A stretch of DNA of 36,640 nucleotides, taken from assembly GCA_051453625.1 (NCBI GenBank), contig JBOZIK010000001.1, forward strand, positions 49,350,852 to 49,387,491, read 5' to 3'. A program made the position numbers and the translations under genes. This DNA comes from Welwitschia mirabilis. Its lineage: Eukaryota. The notes under the pieces were generated by a model, which did no database searches, was not told where the DNA came from, and was given only the letters and a program-made list of their open reading frames with translations. Shown in pieces: positions 22,192 through 35,755 of the stretch (position 1 is its first letter; each line of letters starts with the position of its first letter).

Positions 22192-23813
22192 TGTAAATCA
22201 TATGATTAATCTAGTACTTTATTCCAATGAATCTTTTATCTTTGATACCTGCAAATCTTAATAAAACTCAAAAAAAATACACTGTTATATGGGATTTAAC
22301 CTAAAAATTATAGTCTAGAAATCAATTATAGGTAAGAAGTTAGATGATTGCTTTGAAAAGATCTTTTTCTTTTTTTTCTAATTAATGAAAGAAAATGTAA
22401 ATAGTAATGCAAGATGAATGAAAAGATGAAAATCCAATGCAAGAAAGATGTATATGAAATAAATGCAATCTAAATGAGAATACTAACCAAGCTCACCAAC
22501 TTGTTATTACCTAAGTTAGCCCTCATAATCTACATTAATCATAAATAGCTATTACGTAATTATAACTAACATAAATAATAAGCTATTAACATAAACCATA
22601 AGAAATATTAGAAGAAAGAAATTTTGAAAGAACACTCTAATTAGTATCTTTATTATTAAAATTTCTATATGCTCTTACAAAGCAAAAGCTCCTCAATAAA
22701 GAAGAAATATCCCAATACCAAAAAGTGTTTTTCTTTACAACTAGAATGGATCCCTTATTCAAAATGCTCTAGTGTCATAAGTAATTTTTATGCATCCAAG
22801 ATGAGAAATAAGGGATCTTAATAGATTATTTATAGCTTTAGGTTAATGGTAAGGGTAGTCAAGGAGTAGTAACAAATAAAAGTAGGCATGTCAATGATTT
22901 CATAATGAATGGAGTCTATTTCACATTAGTTATAACTATCATCCACTTGGATGTCATCTAGATGATAATGTGGATGACAGTTGATCTTCTTTTCTAATGA
23001 ATTCTTATCCTATACCTACTTTCTTAGTGAAATGATTGAGTGTCATCCATTAGAATTATCCTAGGTGTTATTCGAATGACTAGATGGATGACTATCAGTT
23101 GTCTTATTATAAGTTCTATTTATTCTATTTTTGCTGATCATCCTGAGTGTCGTCTGGATGACTAGGTAAACAGTAGGTGATCTTAAGCCTCTTTTACTTC
23201 ATTATGTGATAACTCACTTTCCTCTTAGCATATGAGGCTTTTTCCTACTAGATTAATCTTTCATCATCTTTTACAAGTATATTGATTAAGATTAGATATT
23301 CTCTTAAATTTAACCATGGCTTCTGAGTTAATTGATACATCCCTATATCTTTCCAAGTTATTGAAATTGATGGTATACTCTGTTAACTTTTAGGATCATC
23401 TTTAAAATGTGATTCAACTTCATAAATAGCTATCATCCCCTTAAGAATCTAGATGATAGGGTAAGTGCCTGTCAGTAAAAACATTATTTCTTTATTTATT
23501 GATCTTGGTAGTTATGTTCTGAGTCTTATTGAGATGATTCAGTAATAACAGTCTTTTTTTTTTGTTTTTTTTTAACCCTTATAATCATTAACCATCATTC
23601 TAAAATATATTCATGATGCTTTGCATGAGTTATAGAGTTTGGAATATATCAAGAACATCATCAATAAATGGTTAGAAATGTTGAAAAACTATCCTTTCTT
23701 ATTCATCATGATGGCTACTCTACTTTTGCTATTCATTGAACAAAAAACCACTCAAATAAACATGAAACATACTATAAAAATGATGTTAAATATTATTAAT
23801 TTAACTCACAACA
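22192..23813 (-). repeat. 3' LTR of element D (~1.6 kb)
   Basis: tgtaaatca...ttaactcacaaca, followed on the + strand by the PPT complement tatccccttgttaagc. Confidence 0.88.
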
Positions 23814-23829
23814 TATCCCCTTGTTAAGC
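23814..23829 (-). other. Polypurine tract of element D
   Basis: - strand gcttaacaaggggata directly before TGTTGTGAG. Confidence 0.7.
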
Positions 23830-25389
23830 ATTTATTAATCCTTAATAATGAAAACATAAAAGAATAGAAGCAAGCCAAATTAAAAAACAAAACATAACAC
23901 TTATGTATAAAAGATCTTACATTGTTAAACGTAGAGTGCATATCAAAAAGATACTCCAATTTAAACCTCATGAGAAATATATGCATTAAATTTAGAATTA
24001 TGATTTCATTTCTATGAAAAACATTTTTTCCCCTTTAGTGAATGAATTCATTTAAATTAAAGACAATATTTTGAGGATTCCAAATGATTCAATCCATGAA
24101 GTAAATAAATTCATTCCAAATTTTAAGTAAGTTTACTTATGACGATCAAAAGAAATAAGCTTCAAGTTTTCAGAGATGGAAAATAAATAGTAAAAATAAA
24201 GTAGAAAAAACAACTAGAAAATAAAAACAAAAAGTAATGCAAGCACACTTGATGGGGTAAAAAGTTATATGAAGATGAAACTATTGGTCAAAGATAAAAC
24301 AAGAGTATGGTCAAGTGAGGGCCAAAGAACTAGAGATAATGATAAGCTAAAAATCTATACATCTTATTACAATGATAGTAAAATGAAAAAATGGCTTTAA
24401 TACATCCAAGTAGAAACATGCAAGTACATGAAAAAGACAAATGGACATAAGGTATATGAAGAAGATTAAATACTTTACCCTAAAAATTAACCTAGTCAGA
24501 CTCAATGGCCTTCATCATAGAACTACTTGATGGAAAAGATGCATGATTTAGTGTTAAATTACAATAATCTTCATGTGATAGGGAAAATGATTTCAATGAT
24601 ATCAAATAATTCTTTCATAAATATTAATGTAATGTTATGACTAAAATCAATCCAATAATTTGCTAAAGAAACAATGAAACTTTGGTAATATATCATACAA
24701 TAATCAATATGTTCTATCATGTTCATGGAGTTATGGATCTAGAGTTATAGGAATCAAGTTAACAAGGTGTTAAAAAATACTATTGATCATGATGAAGAAG
24801 TATAACTGCTACCAAAATAGTAAGGACCCACAAGTTGAAACTAAATCATGAACAACTAAGTCTTTGATGGAGTTTTCACATCTATCATATCATACTGCCA
24901 AAGGTCCTTTTTAGGAAAATTTACCCTAGTATGGTTATAATAGAACATCATGGAATTTATTTGGACATTTTATTTTTCTCCTTTTTTTTTAAAGAATAGA
25001 CTATGATTCCCTTTCTAAAACATTTATTAATCATTAAAATAAAAAATTAACTAAGTAAAAAGTTGTAAATCAGCATCTAATTTGACATAACTAGTACTTA
25101 AGAAAAAGTTAGCACAGACATTGAAGTTAATAGGCCTTGGAATGTCTTAGACTGACTAAAATCTAAGTTTTACCATTCTAAACACCTAAAGTAAATAATT
25201 AATTTCATGAAAACTTATATGGATTCTAATACAAAACCAAGTTAGTAAATGATCAAATGGTAAGATGACTCAACCAAAGGCTCTGACTAAGAAACTATTT
25301 AGATAATAATAAATGGAAAATGTTTCTCTTAGATAAAAGAATCATCTAGGTTAATTACTTTAATTATATCCACAGTATAATGACAATCC

Positions 25390-28250
25390 TTGTGTGATTC
25401 ATATAACTTCAACTATTTTCCATTTACTTTAAACCTTTCATGAGTGTTTAAATTAGAAATCTTAATAGAGTCATAAGATGCACTTTCTCTATCTAGTGAG
25501 GGCTTAGCCAATTATAGGCTAATTTATTATGAATAAGATGCACTTGAATATTGAATAATAGAACTAACTGACTAGGTTGAAAAGATTTAGAGATAAGCTT
25601 TTTATCATGGAAAAAGTTTGCTTAATCTTTTTAGATGGGTTGTCTATGAATAGCATGATTTTGTTTCTGATCAAGATGGTGAAGTTGGACTAGTCTATGT
25701 TGAATATTATCATCAAAATCCATTAGATTAGGTCAATGAATGATTTCATAGGAATTATAGCATACATCAATGGAAATAATTCAAGCTTTATCATACATAA
25801 GTTCATAAGGAAAAAACCAAATAAATTACACCAAGTAGTATGACAAGCTCAAAGTACATCATGAAGTTTGATAATCAAAATTTCTTATTTTAGGAGACTA
25901 GTTTTTAAAATATTTTATTTATTTCATTTTTAGCATTTTTAGCTTAACTATTAGTTTAAGGATGATAAGCATTGGCTATTCTATGCTCAATTCCAATAGA
26001 AAGGAGGAGTTTTATAAGAAACTTATTTATAAAATAAGCTTCTTAATCACTAATCAAGATTATAAGAAATCCAAATCTATGAAAAATGTTAGATCTAAGA
26101 AAATAACATATATTTTTAGCATCATTTATAATTATGGGAATAGCTTTTACCCATTTTATTACATAATCCACAGCCTCTAAGATGTAATTTTTATTATAGA
26201 AAGATAGTTTAAAAGGGCCTATGAAGTTTATACCTTAATAATCAAAAGGTTTACATTCTAAGATAGGTTAAAGGAACATGTCTTAAGATCTAAAAAGGCT
26301 ATGAAAACATTGACAAGCATCACATTTTCTTGTAACTTCAAATGAATCTTTAAAGAGGATAGGCTAATAGAAAGCTATATGAAGGATTTTCATAGAAGTT
26401 TTTTTGGCCACTAAAATGAATTCTGCACATATCACCATGCCAAAGAGTAATAATATTATATTTTTCCCATTTTGACATATATTTACACATGATTTGATCT
26501 TTACATTTTTCATAGAGGTATGGTTTATGTCACTCATAGCCTCTTATTCTATGAAGAAAAGATTTTCTTTTATTGTGAATCCAATGTTGGGGAGTTTTCA
26601 AGGTAAAAAGATAATCAATAATATCAACATACCATGGAGTAGGATATTTTAAAGAGATGAAGTAAAAATCTACAATGGAAAAAAATTATTCACCTAGAAA
26701 ATTATCTTAAAGAGGAAGGTATGGAGAAAAACGTAGGAGATGTTAATCATAAGGGATTCTAGAAAAATTATTAGCAAAAAAATTATGTTTTCATTTTTTA
26801 TCAATGACAGTTTAGTTAAATTCTTGAATTAATAACACCCATCTAATAAGTCTTGCATAGAATCTTTCTTGGTCATTAGACATCGAATGGCATCATGACC
26901 AATATAGACATCAGTATGAAAATCAAGAAGATAGTATCAAAGTGTATTAAAACAAAATACAATGGCAAGAATTTCCTTTTTAGTAGTGGTATAATTAAGT
27001 GAGCCTCCTAAAAGGGTTTTATTGATATAATACATAATACTGTAACCCTTCTCATGTTTTTTCCCTAACACACCCCCTACAGTAATATTACTTACATCAT
27101 CCATAAGTTCAAAGTCTTTATTCCAATTAACTCCTCCTACAATAGGTGCTAAAGTAAGCTTATCTTTAATATTTTTAAAGGAATGTTTACAAGACTTATT
27201 CTAATCATATTCAACCTTTTCTTCTAAGAGAGAATGAAGAGATTTACAAATTTTCACATACTCCTTAATGAATCATTGATAAAAACTAGCATGATCAAGA
27301 AAAGACTTGACTTATTTTGCATTGGTTGGAGAAGGAAAATTTCTAATTATATTTATTTTAGTAGGGTCCATTTGAATTCCATTTCTAGAAATATAATGAC
27401 CTAATACTATCCCATTCCTTACCAAGAAGTATCTATTTTTCCAACTTAGATGAAGGCTAGTTTCTATACATTAGTTAACGACTTTTTCCAATCACTCTAA
27501 GGTTTCCTCAAAAGAATTCCCAAAAACAGAAAAGTCATCCTTGAATATTTCTATTGACTCCTCAATCATGTCTAAAAATATACCCATCATGGCTCTTTAA
27601 AAGGTTCTGGATTCATTACATAAATCAAAGGGTAGTCTTCTAAAGGAATAGGTACTAAAAGGAGAGGTGAAAGTTGTCTTGGCTTAATCTTCATTGACTA
27701 TGCATAATTGATTATAATCACTATACCCATCATGAAATTAATAATATGAATGGCCTTGGATCCTATTAAGAATTTGATCTATAAATAATAGAGGATAATA
27801 GTTATTTTTGGGGATATCATTAATCTTCCTAAAATTAATCCAAATTTGTCACTTCCTAGCTTTTTTTGGTACTACAGTAATAGGATTAACCCATTCACTA
27901 TTAGATATGGCACGAATAATTCCTATGTCTATAAGTTTGATGATTTCTTTTTCTACTACTTTCTTAAGGTAAGGGTTAAGTTTTTTTTATGATTACCTAA
28001 TGGTTTACCATTATCTTTTAAATAAATTTTATACTAAACAATGAAAGAAGGAAGATCTAAAGGATCTTTATAAGTCCAAGAAAAAGCATGTGTCTTGGAA
28101 TGAAAAAGTTAAAATATTAATTCTTATTCATAAGGATGAAGACATGCATTAATGATTAAGGGTTTTTAAATCTCATTATTCAAAAAGAAGTATTTTAATC
28201 CATTAGGCAATTATTTAAGTTCTAATCAAAATTATGCCTCATTGTTGTTG
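25390..28250 (-). pseudogene. Element D pol: reverse transcriptase, RNase H, integrase
   Basis: GIIRAISNSEWVNPITVVPKK, IFKDDFSVFG, DDVSNITVGGVLG, HGDMCRIHFSG, CDACQ and KVNGK*LKLY. Confidence 0.92.
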
Positions 28251-28354
28251 TAATTCCATCTTGATGTAGAAGGTTTTCAATGGTTTTAACATGTTGAACA
28301 TCTTAATCAATAAGGGATTTAAAATTTTGATTTCTTTCCTCGTTCAAGTTGGAA

Positions 28355-29954
28355 TGTAAATCACATAATCAATCTAGTACTTTTTTTAATGAATCTTTTA
28401 TCTTTAATACCTACATATCTCAAGAAAACTCATACAATATATACTAGTACATGGAAGTTAATCTAAATGTCATACTCTATAGAGAAATTATACGTAAAAA
28501 GTTAGAAGATTGCTTTAGTTAGATGTTTTTCTTAATTTTTTTAAATAACAAAATAAAAAGTAAATAGTAATTCAAGATAAATGTAAAGATGGAAATGTAA
28601 TACATGAGAGATGTATATGAAATGAATGTAACCTAAATGCAAACACTAACCAAGTCTACCAACTTGTTGTCATCCAAGTTGGTTCTCATAAACTATATCA
28701 ATCATGAATAATTATCACTTAAGTACAATTAACATAACTATAAGGAATATCAGAATAAGAAATTTAAAAGAACACTTTTAATCAATATCTTTATTAATTA
28801 AAATGTCCACATCTTATTATAAAGAAAAAATTCTTTAATGAAGGAGATACATCCCAACACCAAGAAATGCCTTTCTCTATAACAAGGATAGAAAACTTAC
28901 GCAAAATGCTCCAATGTCATAAGAAATTTCAATGCATCCAATATAAGAAATGAGGAAGCTAAAGGGGCTATTTATGACTTTTAATTAATGATTAGTATTG
29001 ATATGAAGTAGTAACAGACTAGAAGTAATAATATCAATGATTTCACAATGGATGGAGTCTATTTTACATTTATTATGATTATTGTTTACTTGGGTGTCAT
29101 CCGGATGATAATGTAGATGATATTTCATATTCATTTTTAATGATTTTTTGTCTTTCATGTGCCTTCCTAGTGAAATTTTTGAGTGTCATCCATTTATCTG
29201 GGATATCATCCAGATGACCAGATGGATGATTATCAATTATCCTGTTATAAGATTTATTTTTACTGTTCTTGCTAGTTGTCCTGGGTGTCATCTAGACAAC
29301 TAGGTGGATGACAAGTAATCTTATGTTTCCTCCACTTTCTTATGTAATAATTGGTATTCCTTTTGGCATATGAGGATTTCTCCTACTGGAATTAATCTTT
29401 TATCATCTTTTACACGAACATTAATTAAGATTAGGCATTCTCCTAAACTTGACATGGATTTCGAGTTAATTGACACATCCCTATATCTATATAAGGTGTT
29501 GAATTCGATGGTATACTTTGTCGGCTTTTAAGACCATCTTCAAAATGTGATTTGTCTTTATAAATGGCTATCATACCCTTAAGTATTATTTGGTTGATAA
29601 GGTAGATGGCTATTAGTAGAAACATGATTTCTCTATTTATTGATCCTGGTAGTTGTCTTCTGAATATCATCTAGATGATTAGGTGAATGACACTCTTTTT
29701 TTTTTTTAATTTTTTTACCCTTCTAATCATTAATCATCATTCTGAACTAGATTCATAATGTTTTAGATAAGTTAGAAAGTTTGGAATATGTCAGGAAAAT
29801 CATCCATAAATAGTAGAAATGTTGGAAAGTTGTCCTTTCTTATTCATGGTAATGGATACTCCAATTCTACTCTTAATTGATTAAAAACCTACTCAAATAA
29901 ATTCAAAACATACTTTAAACATGATATTAAATATCACCAATTTAACTTGAAACA
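28355..29954 (-). repeat. Second D-family LTR (5' LTR or recombinant solo LTR)
   Basis: Colinear with 22192-23813 over its whole length. Neither a PBS nor a PPT is adjacent. Confidence 0.85.
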
Positions 29955-31049
29955 CTAAGATTATAGGTTATTATTGAAGGTAATTAATTGAAAAAGAAAA
30001 ACACATGATATGCATTCCAACAACTGATATATTTAAACCTTTCGTATCTAACACTTATTCTTTACATGTCATTTTTTAAACCTTTAATTTCATTAAACAT
30101 GTTTAGTATTTTATGTCTATTAAACATTTTATTAATATTTTATATTCCTATAAGTGAAATCTTTATGAACATATATTTTATAATTTGTTTTAAGAATGCA
30201 TCAAAATGAGATTTAACATATTTATGATACCTACACTCTCCTAGAATATTATTATTATAACTTACTTGGGATTAGTAGCAAATTGATGCATAGTGGATTT
30301 AAAATGAACTTACTAGATTACAAAGTTACTTTGGTAAACACAAAGAAACATAGGAGTGCATGATAGTGGCACTTCATATTTATAGAATCTAACTTCATAA
30401 AAGAAAAAGGTATAATAGGAGTAGTATCTTTAGCCTTTTCAGAACTACTTTTGCATACTTCATTATGAGAATTCATTGTAACTTTGGAGTTTCAATTAAA
30501 TTTCCCTCTATTAATTTTGATAACTTCATTATTTTCCAAATTCAATGAAGCATGAAATATGAATTTTGAAATTTGTATATCTAAAGTACACATCCATATC
30601 ATTTATTGAAGAAATAACAATGGGATCACATTAGTACTATTTAATTTTAATAGTATTTTGAGAAGTAAGAAGAAGAAAAGTAGGTCTTATTATTCTATCA
30701 TAGAAAAATTATCACTTCTTGTATCATTTTTTCCTTTAATTTGGACATTTTAGTAGTTGACAAGATTCATCTTCATTGACCAAGAATAACATGGCAGTGG
30801 TTGTGTCATTAATTTTCTAGCTTCATAGCTTCATCACTAAGTGTTTTGATAGATGTCTATAAAACATCTTTAACATGTCTGCTTTATATATTCTATTAAT
30901 TTTAGTTTTATTGTTTTGGCATTATACAACATAGGATCATGGTGCTTCTATTATCCTCTAGTGATTTATGGTACTTTGGTATTCAATAGGTGGAAAGTTC
31001 CATTTTGATCTTATTGATCTAGGTTTAGTTATTTCTAGTTTATCTCTTT

Positions 31050-31220
31050 AGTTCTGTTAACTAGAATTATAGGAACTAACATTTAATGAAGCCATCTTTG
31101 TTTCTTGCAAAAAATACAAATCATGAATGCTATAAGAACTAGTTTCTCTTGGGATTAGTTTCTTTATCTTCTTTAACTTTAATGCCTTATAACTAAATTA
31201 AAATGACTTTTCTTCCTTCC
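31050..31220 (-). pseudogene. Possible LINE endonuclease relic
   Basis: - strand KKIKKLI...HDLYFLQETKMA, matching the APE motif DxxxLQETK. Single motif only. Confidence 0.35.
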
Positions 31221-31819
31221 TATTTATACATTTGATTTTAAATGAATTATTACCATGTCAGTTAAAATCATAACTTTTACAATATCTTACATTTGATTAC
31301 TAATATTAGTTAATTGAGGAAAAAAATCCTACTTTGTTAATAGTTATAACAATCATCTATTGTGACTACTTTAAATATTTATTAACAAAATTTTTTTCCT
31401 ACTATTACTTTTATTGTATGATGGAATTATGAAGTTTTAAACATAAAGCTTCATCGGATTATATTCATGGGTTTTAATAGTAGTAGTATTAAGTCATCTT
31501 AAAGATCCTTAAGATGTGTTTTTGTCATTAGTAAGAACTCAAAATGCTCCATGATAGTTATAAAGAAATGTTACAAAGTATATAGAAGTAAAAGAGAGTG
31601 CATATTATTGAGAAATATTGTTAATGCACTTAGTCATTTCACATTTAATCCTTATTAATAACTAAAATCTAGGGAATTTATTCTTTGATATTATTACTAT
31701 TTTATAATAAATAGGCTCAAGTTATTCTAGATTTTGAATTAAACCTTATGTTTTCCACATAAGGAGGGGTTATTCTTCTCTTGAGTGTTATCAAGACTCA
31801 AACCCATAATAAGATTATG

Positions 31820-32040
31820 TCTATCCTAATTATTCTTAATTAACTAAAGAACTAATATTTTATAAATGAACCTCTCCTTAATAAATAATGTTTATCCATT
31901 TTTAACATACTATTTCTAAGAAAATAAGGATCTTATGCTTGGTCATAAATATTCATAATGTTAATAAGATATTATCAGGAAGGTTATCAAGGAAGCAGTT
32001 GTTTTTTCTCATGAAGTTATTTCCTAGTTTATTTAAAAAA
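31820..32040 (+). pseudogene. Possible LINE reverse transcriptase relic
   Basis: SLINNVY (31875), then ~35 codons later GR/IKEAVVFSHEVI (31978-32021). This matches L1 RT spacing SLxNxxYK...GRxIxDxxxxAHE. Confidence 0.45.
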
Positions 32041-33479
32041 TGTTTCTTAGTTATTGAATGCTAAGAGTCATTTAATCTCATCCTAGTAAGAGGTAGCACT
32101 CACATTTCATATCTACAAAGACTTAATCTAGATAAAATTAAGGTACATTTATCATTTTCTATGGTTTCCTAGTCTCTTAAAAAACATTCAGTAGAGAATA
32201 AAGAAAGATTAAAAGACATAAGTGTTAAGTATCATATGTTCATATGAAGAAACTAAAAAGTGAAGAAAGATAACATACAAAGTGAAAGGATCAAATTAAA
32301 ATATTTGGATTTGTATGAAAAAAAGAAAAAATTATGAATTAATCAAGATATACATTATTATACATCATTATGATTGATAATCATAATATCAAATAGATGA
32401 AATGCATAATGAATGATATCAATATCAGACGTGATTATTTACTTAACTATTTCTTTCATTTTAACTAAGTTAACTCATGAGTTCTTTATTTAATATTAAT
32501 TAGTAAGGTAAATTGAAATGATGGATCTTCGTACTAATCTAAAAGCATAATAGAAGAACTAGGTTATTCCCTCCTAATATATGACCTTTGGTTACTTCTA
32601 CAAGTAATGTCCCCATATTCCTAGTGGACAATGTCAACATAATAACAAACTTTCTAGAGTTGTGTTAGTAATAATGAACTATCAAAGTGTAACGTATAAC
32701 ACTATAGTATACTATCCTAGGTAATGGAATGAATATATTAAATGAAAATAGTATAGGAAAGTGAAAATAAGCACTACATAAAAGGATAACATATTACAAA
32801 AATATGTAACATGCGAATAGGTTTTTGTATTACTACATGGTTGTTCAAGATCTTCTTATTGGTTTTTAGTTTTATTTTTACATTTATTTTTTATCTTTTT
32901 AATTTTCATACCTATTTCTTGTTTTTAAATTATTTTAATTTTTATTTTTTAACATCATTTCATTAATATAATAAGATCTTAAATGAATTACTATAATTTT
33001 GAAGTTTATCTATTTCATATACTAAAGTGATGTGATGAAGGGAGAATAATGAAGAATACAAATTGATTTAAATATTATTAAGAGTATGAGAATAAGCAAG
33101 GATTAAATTTATAATTAAAATGTACAATACATTCTTCATAATATCAAAACATTATTAAGGTCAAAAAGATGGATGATTTCATACTAATCAATACTAATAC
33201 AAGCAAGTGGATATAAATCACATTGAATTATTTATTAATGGAATAAGAGATATGTACAATTTTTTTTTTAAATTCTTAAATTCTAATATCAAATAATTAG
33301 ATATAAGAACTTATTTAGTCATCAAAATATCAATTTAAAAGATATAATAAGCATGGAATGGATTATCCAGTATTATTGAATTGGAGATAAGAGATTTTAA
33401 ATCAAAAACAATTGGTCCTTTAAGGTTAATAGGAAAATCTTTTAAATAGATTTCATAATATAACTTTAATCTTTGACCA

Positions 33480-33740
33480 TTTATTTCATTAGTTGGGTCT
33501 TTTATTACTATACTTCCATTCCAAATTAGCTTAATGACCTTAAAATATTCTTTTTACTTTACTACTAGTTTTCTAGAAAAGTTATGTAATATATTATTAT
33601 AAAATAGAACTTTATGTTTTGAGTTGGAAATCTTGCTTCTTCCTAAATGGTTATTGATTCACTTTTTGCCTTTCAATTTTTTGATTATTGATATTTAGGT
33701 TTTATGCCAAGTACCAAGACTTATATTTAATCTCAATTGG
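33480..33740 (-). pseudogene. Possible LINE ORF2 post-RT relic
   Basis: - strand frameshifted YLGI-like, *KAK and KLIWNG in the expected order. Spacing is imperfect. Confidence 0.25.
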
Positions 33741-34577
33741 TAATAAGAATACGCTTATTGGCATGAAGTATTCTCTAATGAATTTCATCAAGGATTCTTA
33801 TATAACCATTATACATCACTTAATTTTGATAAAGATATCCTTAATTTCATGATTTAAATTATTAACCTAAACATTGATTTGTGGATGATAACCAATCATA
33901 GATTTATGCATTATTTCTACTTATTTCATTAATTCTTTCATTGCTTGATTGATAAGACATGTTTCTTAGTTACTAATAAAATTTATAAATATGTTTTTAA
34001 AATAAATTAATAATAATTTTAGCATCATTTATTTTGGTTACTTTAGCCTAAACCCATTATGTGATATAGTTAATACATATAATAATATATTGATAACAAT
34101 TTGATTTAGGAGAATATCTAATGAAATTAAAATACATCAAATGGGGATGAAAAATGTATTCAAACTCTGGTTAGAAGCTCTATTAGGGTTTTTGAAACTC
34201 TAATGTTTTTGGCTATGTCTTTAGCGACGGTGACAACTTGCAGCAGTAGCTATTCGAGTGTGTCTTCCATGTGCTGTTCTTTCCCTCTAGCTTATGGAAT
34301 TAATGGTGGTTGTAGCTAATTTATGGTAATCAAGTGAGGCAGTTGTGGATTATTTGTACATTTTCTAACATGACCTTAGCTCCTTGGTGGTGCTAATGTT
34401 GCAAAAACCTAAAAGAGCACAACAATAATGCTTAGGCCTCACATTGTTTTTTCTACCCTAAAGGGGAGGTTTTTCAATCGGTGCCTTGTGAGCCTTGAAA
34501 AACCTAAAAGAATAAGCACTAGTAGATCTGAGGCATCCAAGGTAGCAGAAGTCTCTTCTTAATGAATTTTTGACTTT

Positions 34578-35700
34578 ATGGTAGCAGAATCATCTAGAAC
34601 CAAATCCTATGTGGAATCACTTAGGGGAAGCCAGCCTCAAATCTTTCCCAATTTGAACTTCAGTTTCAAAAAAGATGGTAAGGTCATTAGGGCAAAAATG
34701 CTAGAAAATTACTCAAATCACTTAGAAGCCCAATTTAGGAATAATTTTGTTGGAAAGTTTTAGTCCTTAGAAGGAACTCCATTTACTGAAAAGATCAAGT
34801 TATGATGAAACCAAAAATTCCCATCTAGTTGCAAGGTGATCCCTTTTAGAAAAGGCTTAATACATTTTGTTTTTAATCTAGAGAAAAATATGAATAAGGT
34901 TCTAGCAAGAGGAGCATATCTTTTTAGTGGGAGGGGTTTAGCCCTTACTCTATGGGCACCTTTCATTTTGGATAAGGAGAACATCTTTAAAAAGATATCG
35001 ATCTAAATTTTTATTTCAAATTCACACCTAAAGATTTTGCACTTAGATTTCTTTAAATTGTTTGGAGACATGTTGGAAGAATTTATCAGGTTAGATAGGA
35101 GTACTGATCTAATGGCCAAAATGGTAATAGCCAAAATATGTGTCAACATGAAACTAGATAACTTCAAAGTAAGAAAGATTATTGTTGACACAACTTAGGG
35201 AGAAACGATCTTTAACTTAAAGATTGAAAACATTCCCTTGTAGTGTATCAAATATAAGAAAAATATGCATCTAAAAGAAAAATATAAAAATAAAGAAAAG
35301 AAAGATGGAAAAAAGGAAGAAAAATAGGAAAAAAATTATTGGCAAGAAGTGAAGAAAAGGAAGAGAAAGAAGAGATCATCTTTAATGCCAAACAAAAAGC
35401 CATTATTGCAGGATAATAAATTTAACATCCTTTTCGAAGTAGAGATGAAGCAACTAGAAGAGAATGAAATAGAAACCTAGGAAGTGGAATAGAAAGCATT
35501 AGAAGAGGAGTGAATCCTCGATGCGCCAATACAATCAACCTAACCCCAAGTTTTAATGGAAAATGATCCTGATTCAAGTAGGAAAAATGGAGGAGCAAAA
35601 ATGAAGAAGAATGTTGAAGATGCATCAGCTGCATCGAGAGCCAACAAAATGGTGTAGATTAACAAGAAAATGTTAATGAATACCCACAAAAGTAGGTTAG
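34578..35700 (+). pseudogene. LINE ORF1 (DUF4283 + zf-CCHC_4 type)
   Basis: One frame through stops: KSYVESL...FVGKF*...KVLARGAYLFSGRGLALTLWAP...ISI*I...RLDRST...AKICVNM...ENIPL*CIKYKKNMHLKEKY, then a lysine-rich tail. 3' end approximate. Confidence 0.85.
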
Positions 35701-35755
35701 AGAAAGAAATGAAGGAGGATATTTAAGATGATAAACAATTTCTACTCTTCTTCAA

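Larger units (their letters stand above)
22192..29954 (-). mobile_element. Element D: Athila-like Ty3/gypsy element with two LTRs, RT-RH-INT and 3' UTR, but no PBS, gag or protease
   Basis: Direct repeats 22192-23813 and 28355-29954, both TG...CA, with pol motifs between them. No matching TSD found. Confidence 0.85.
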
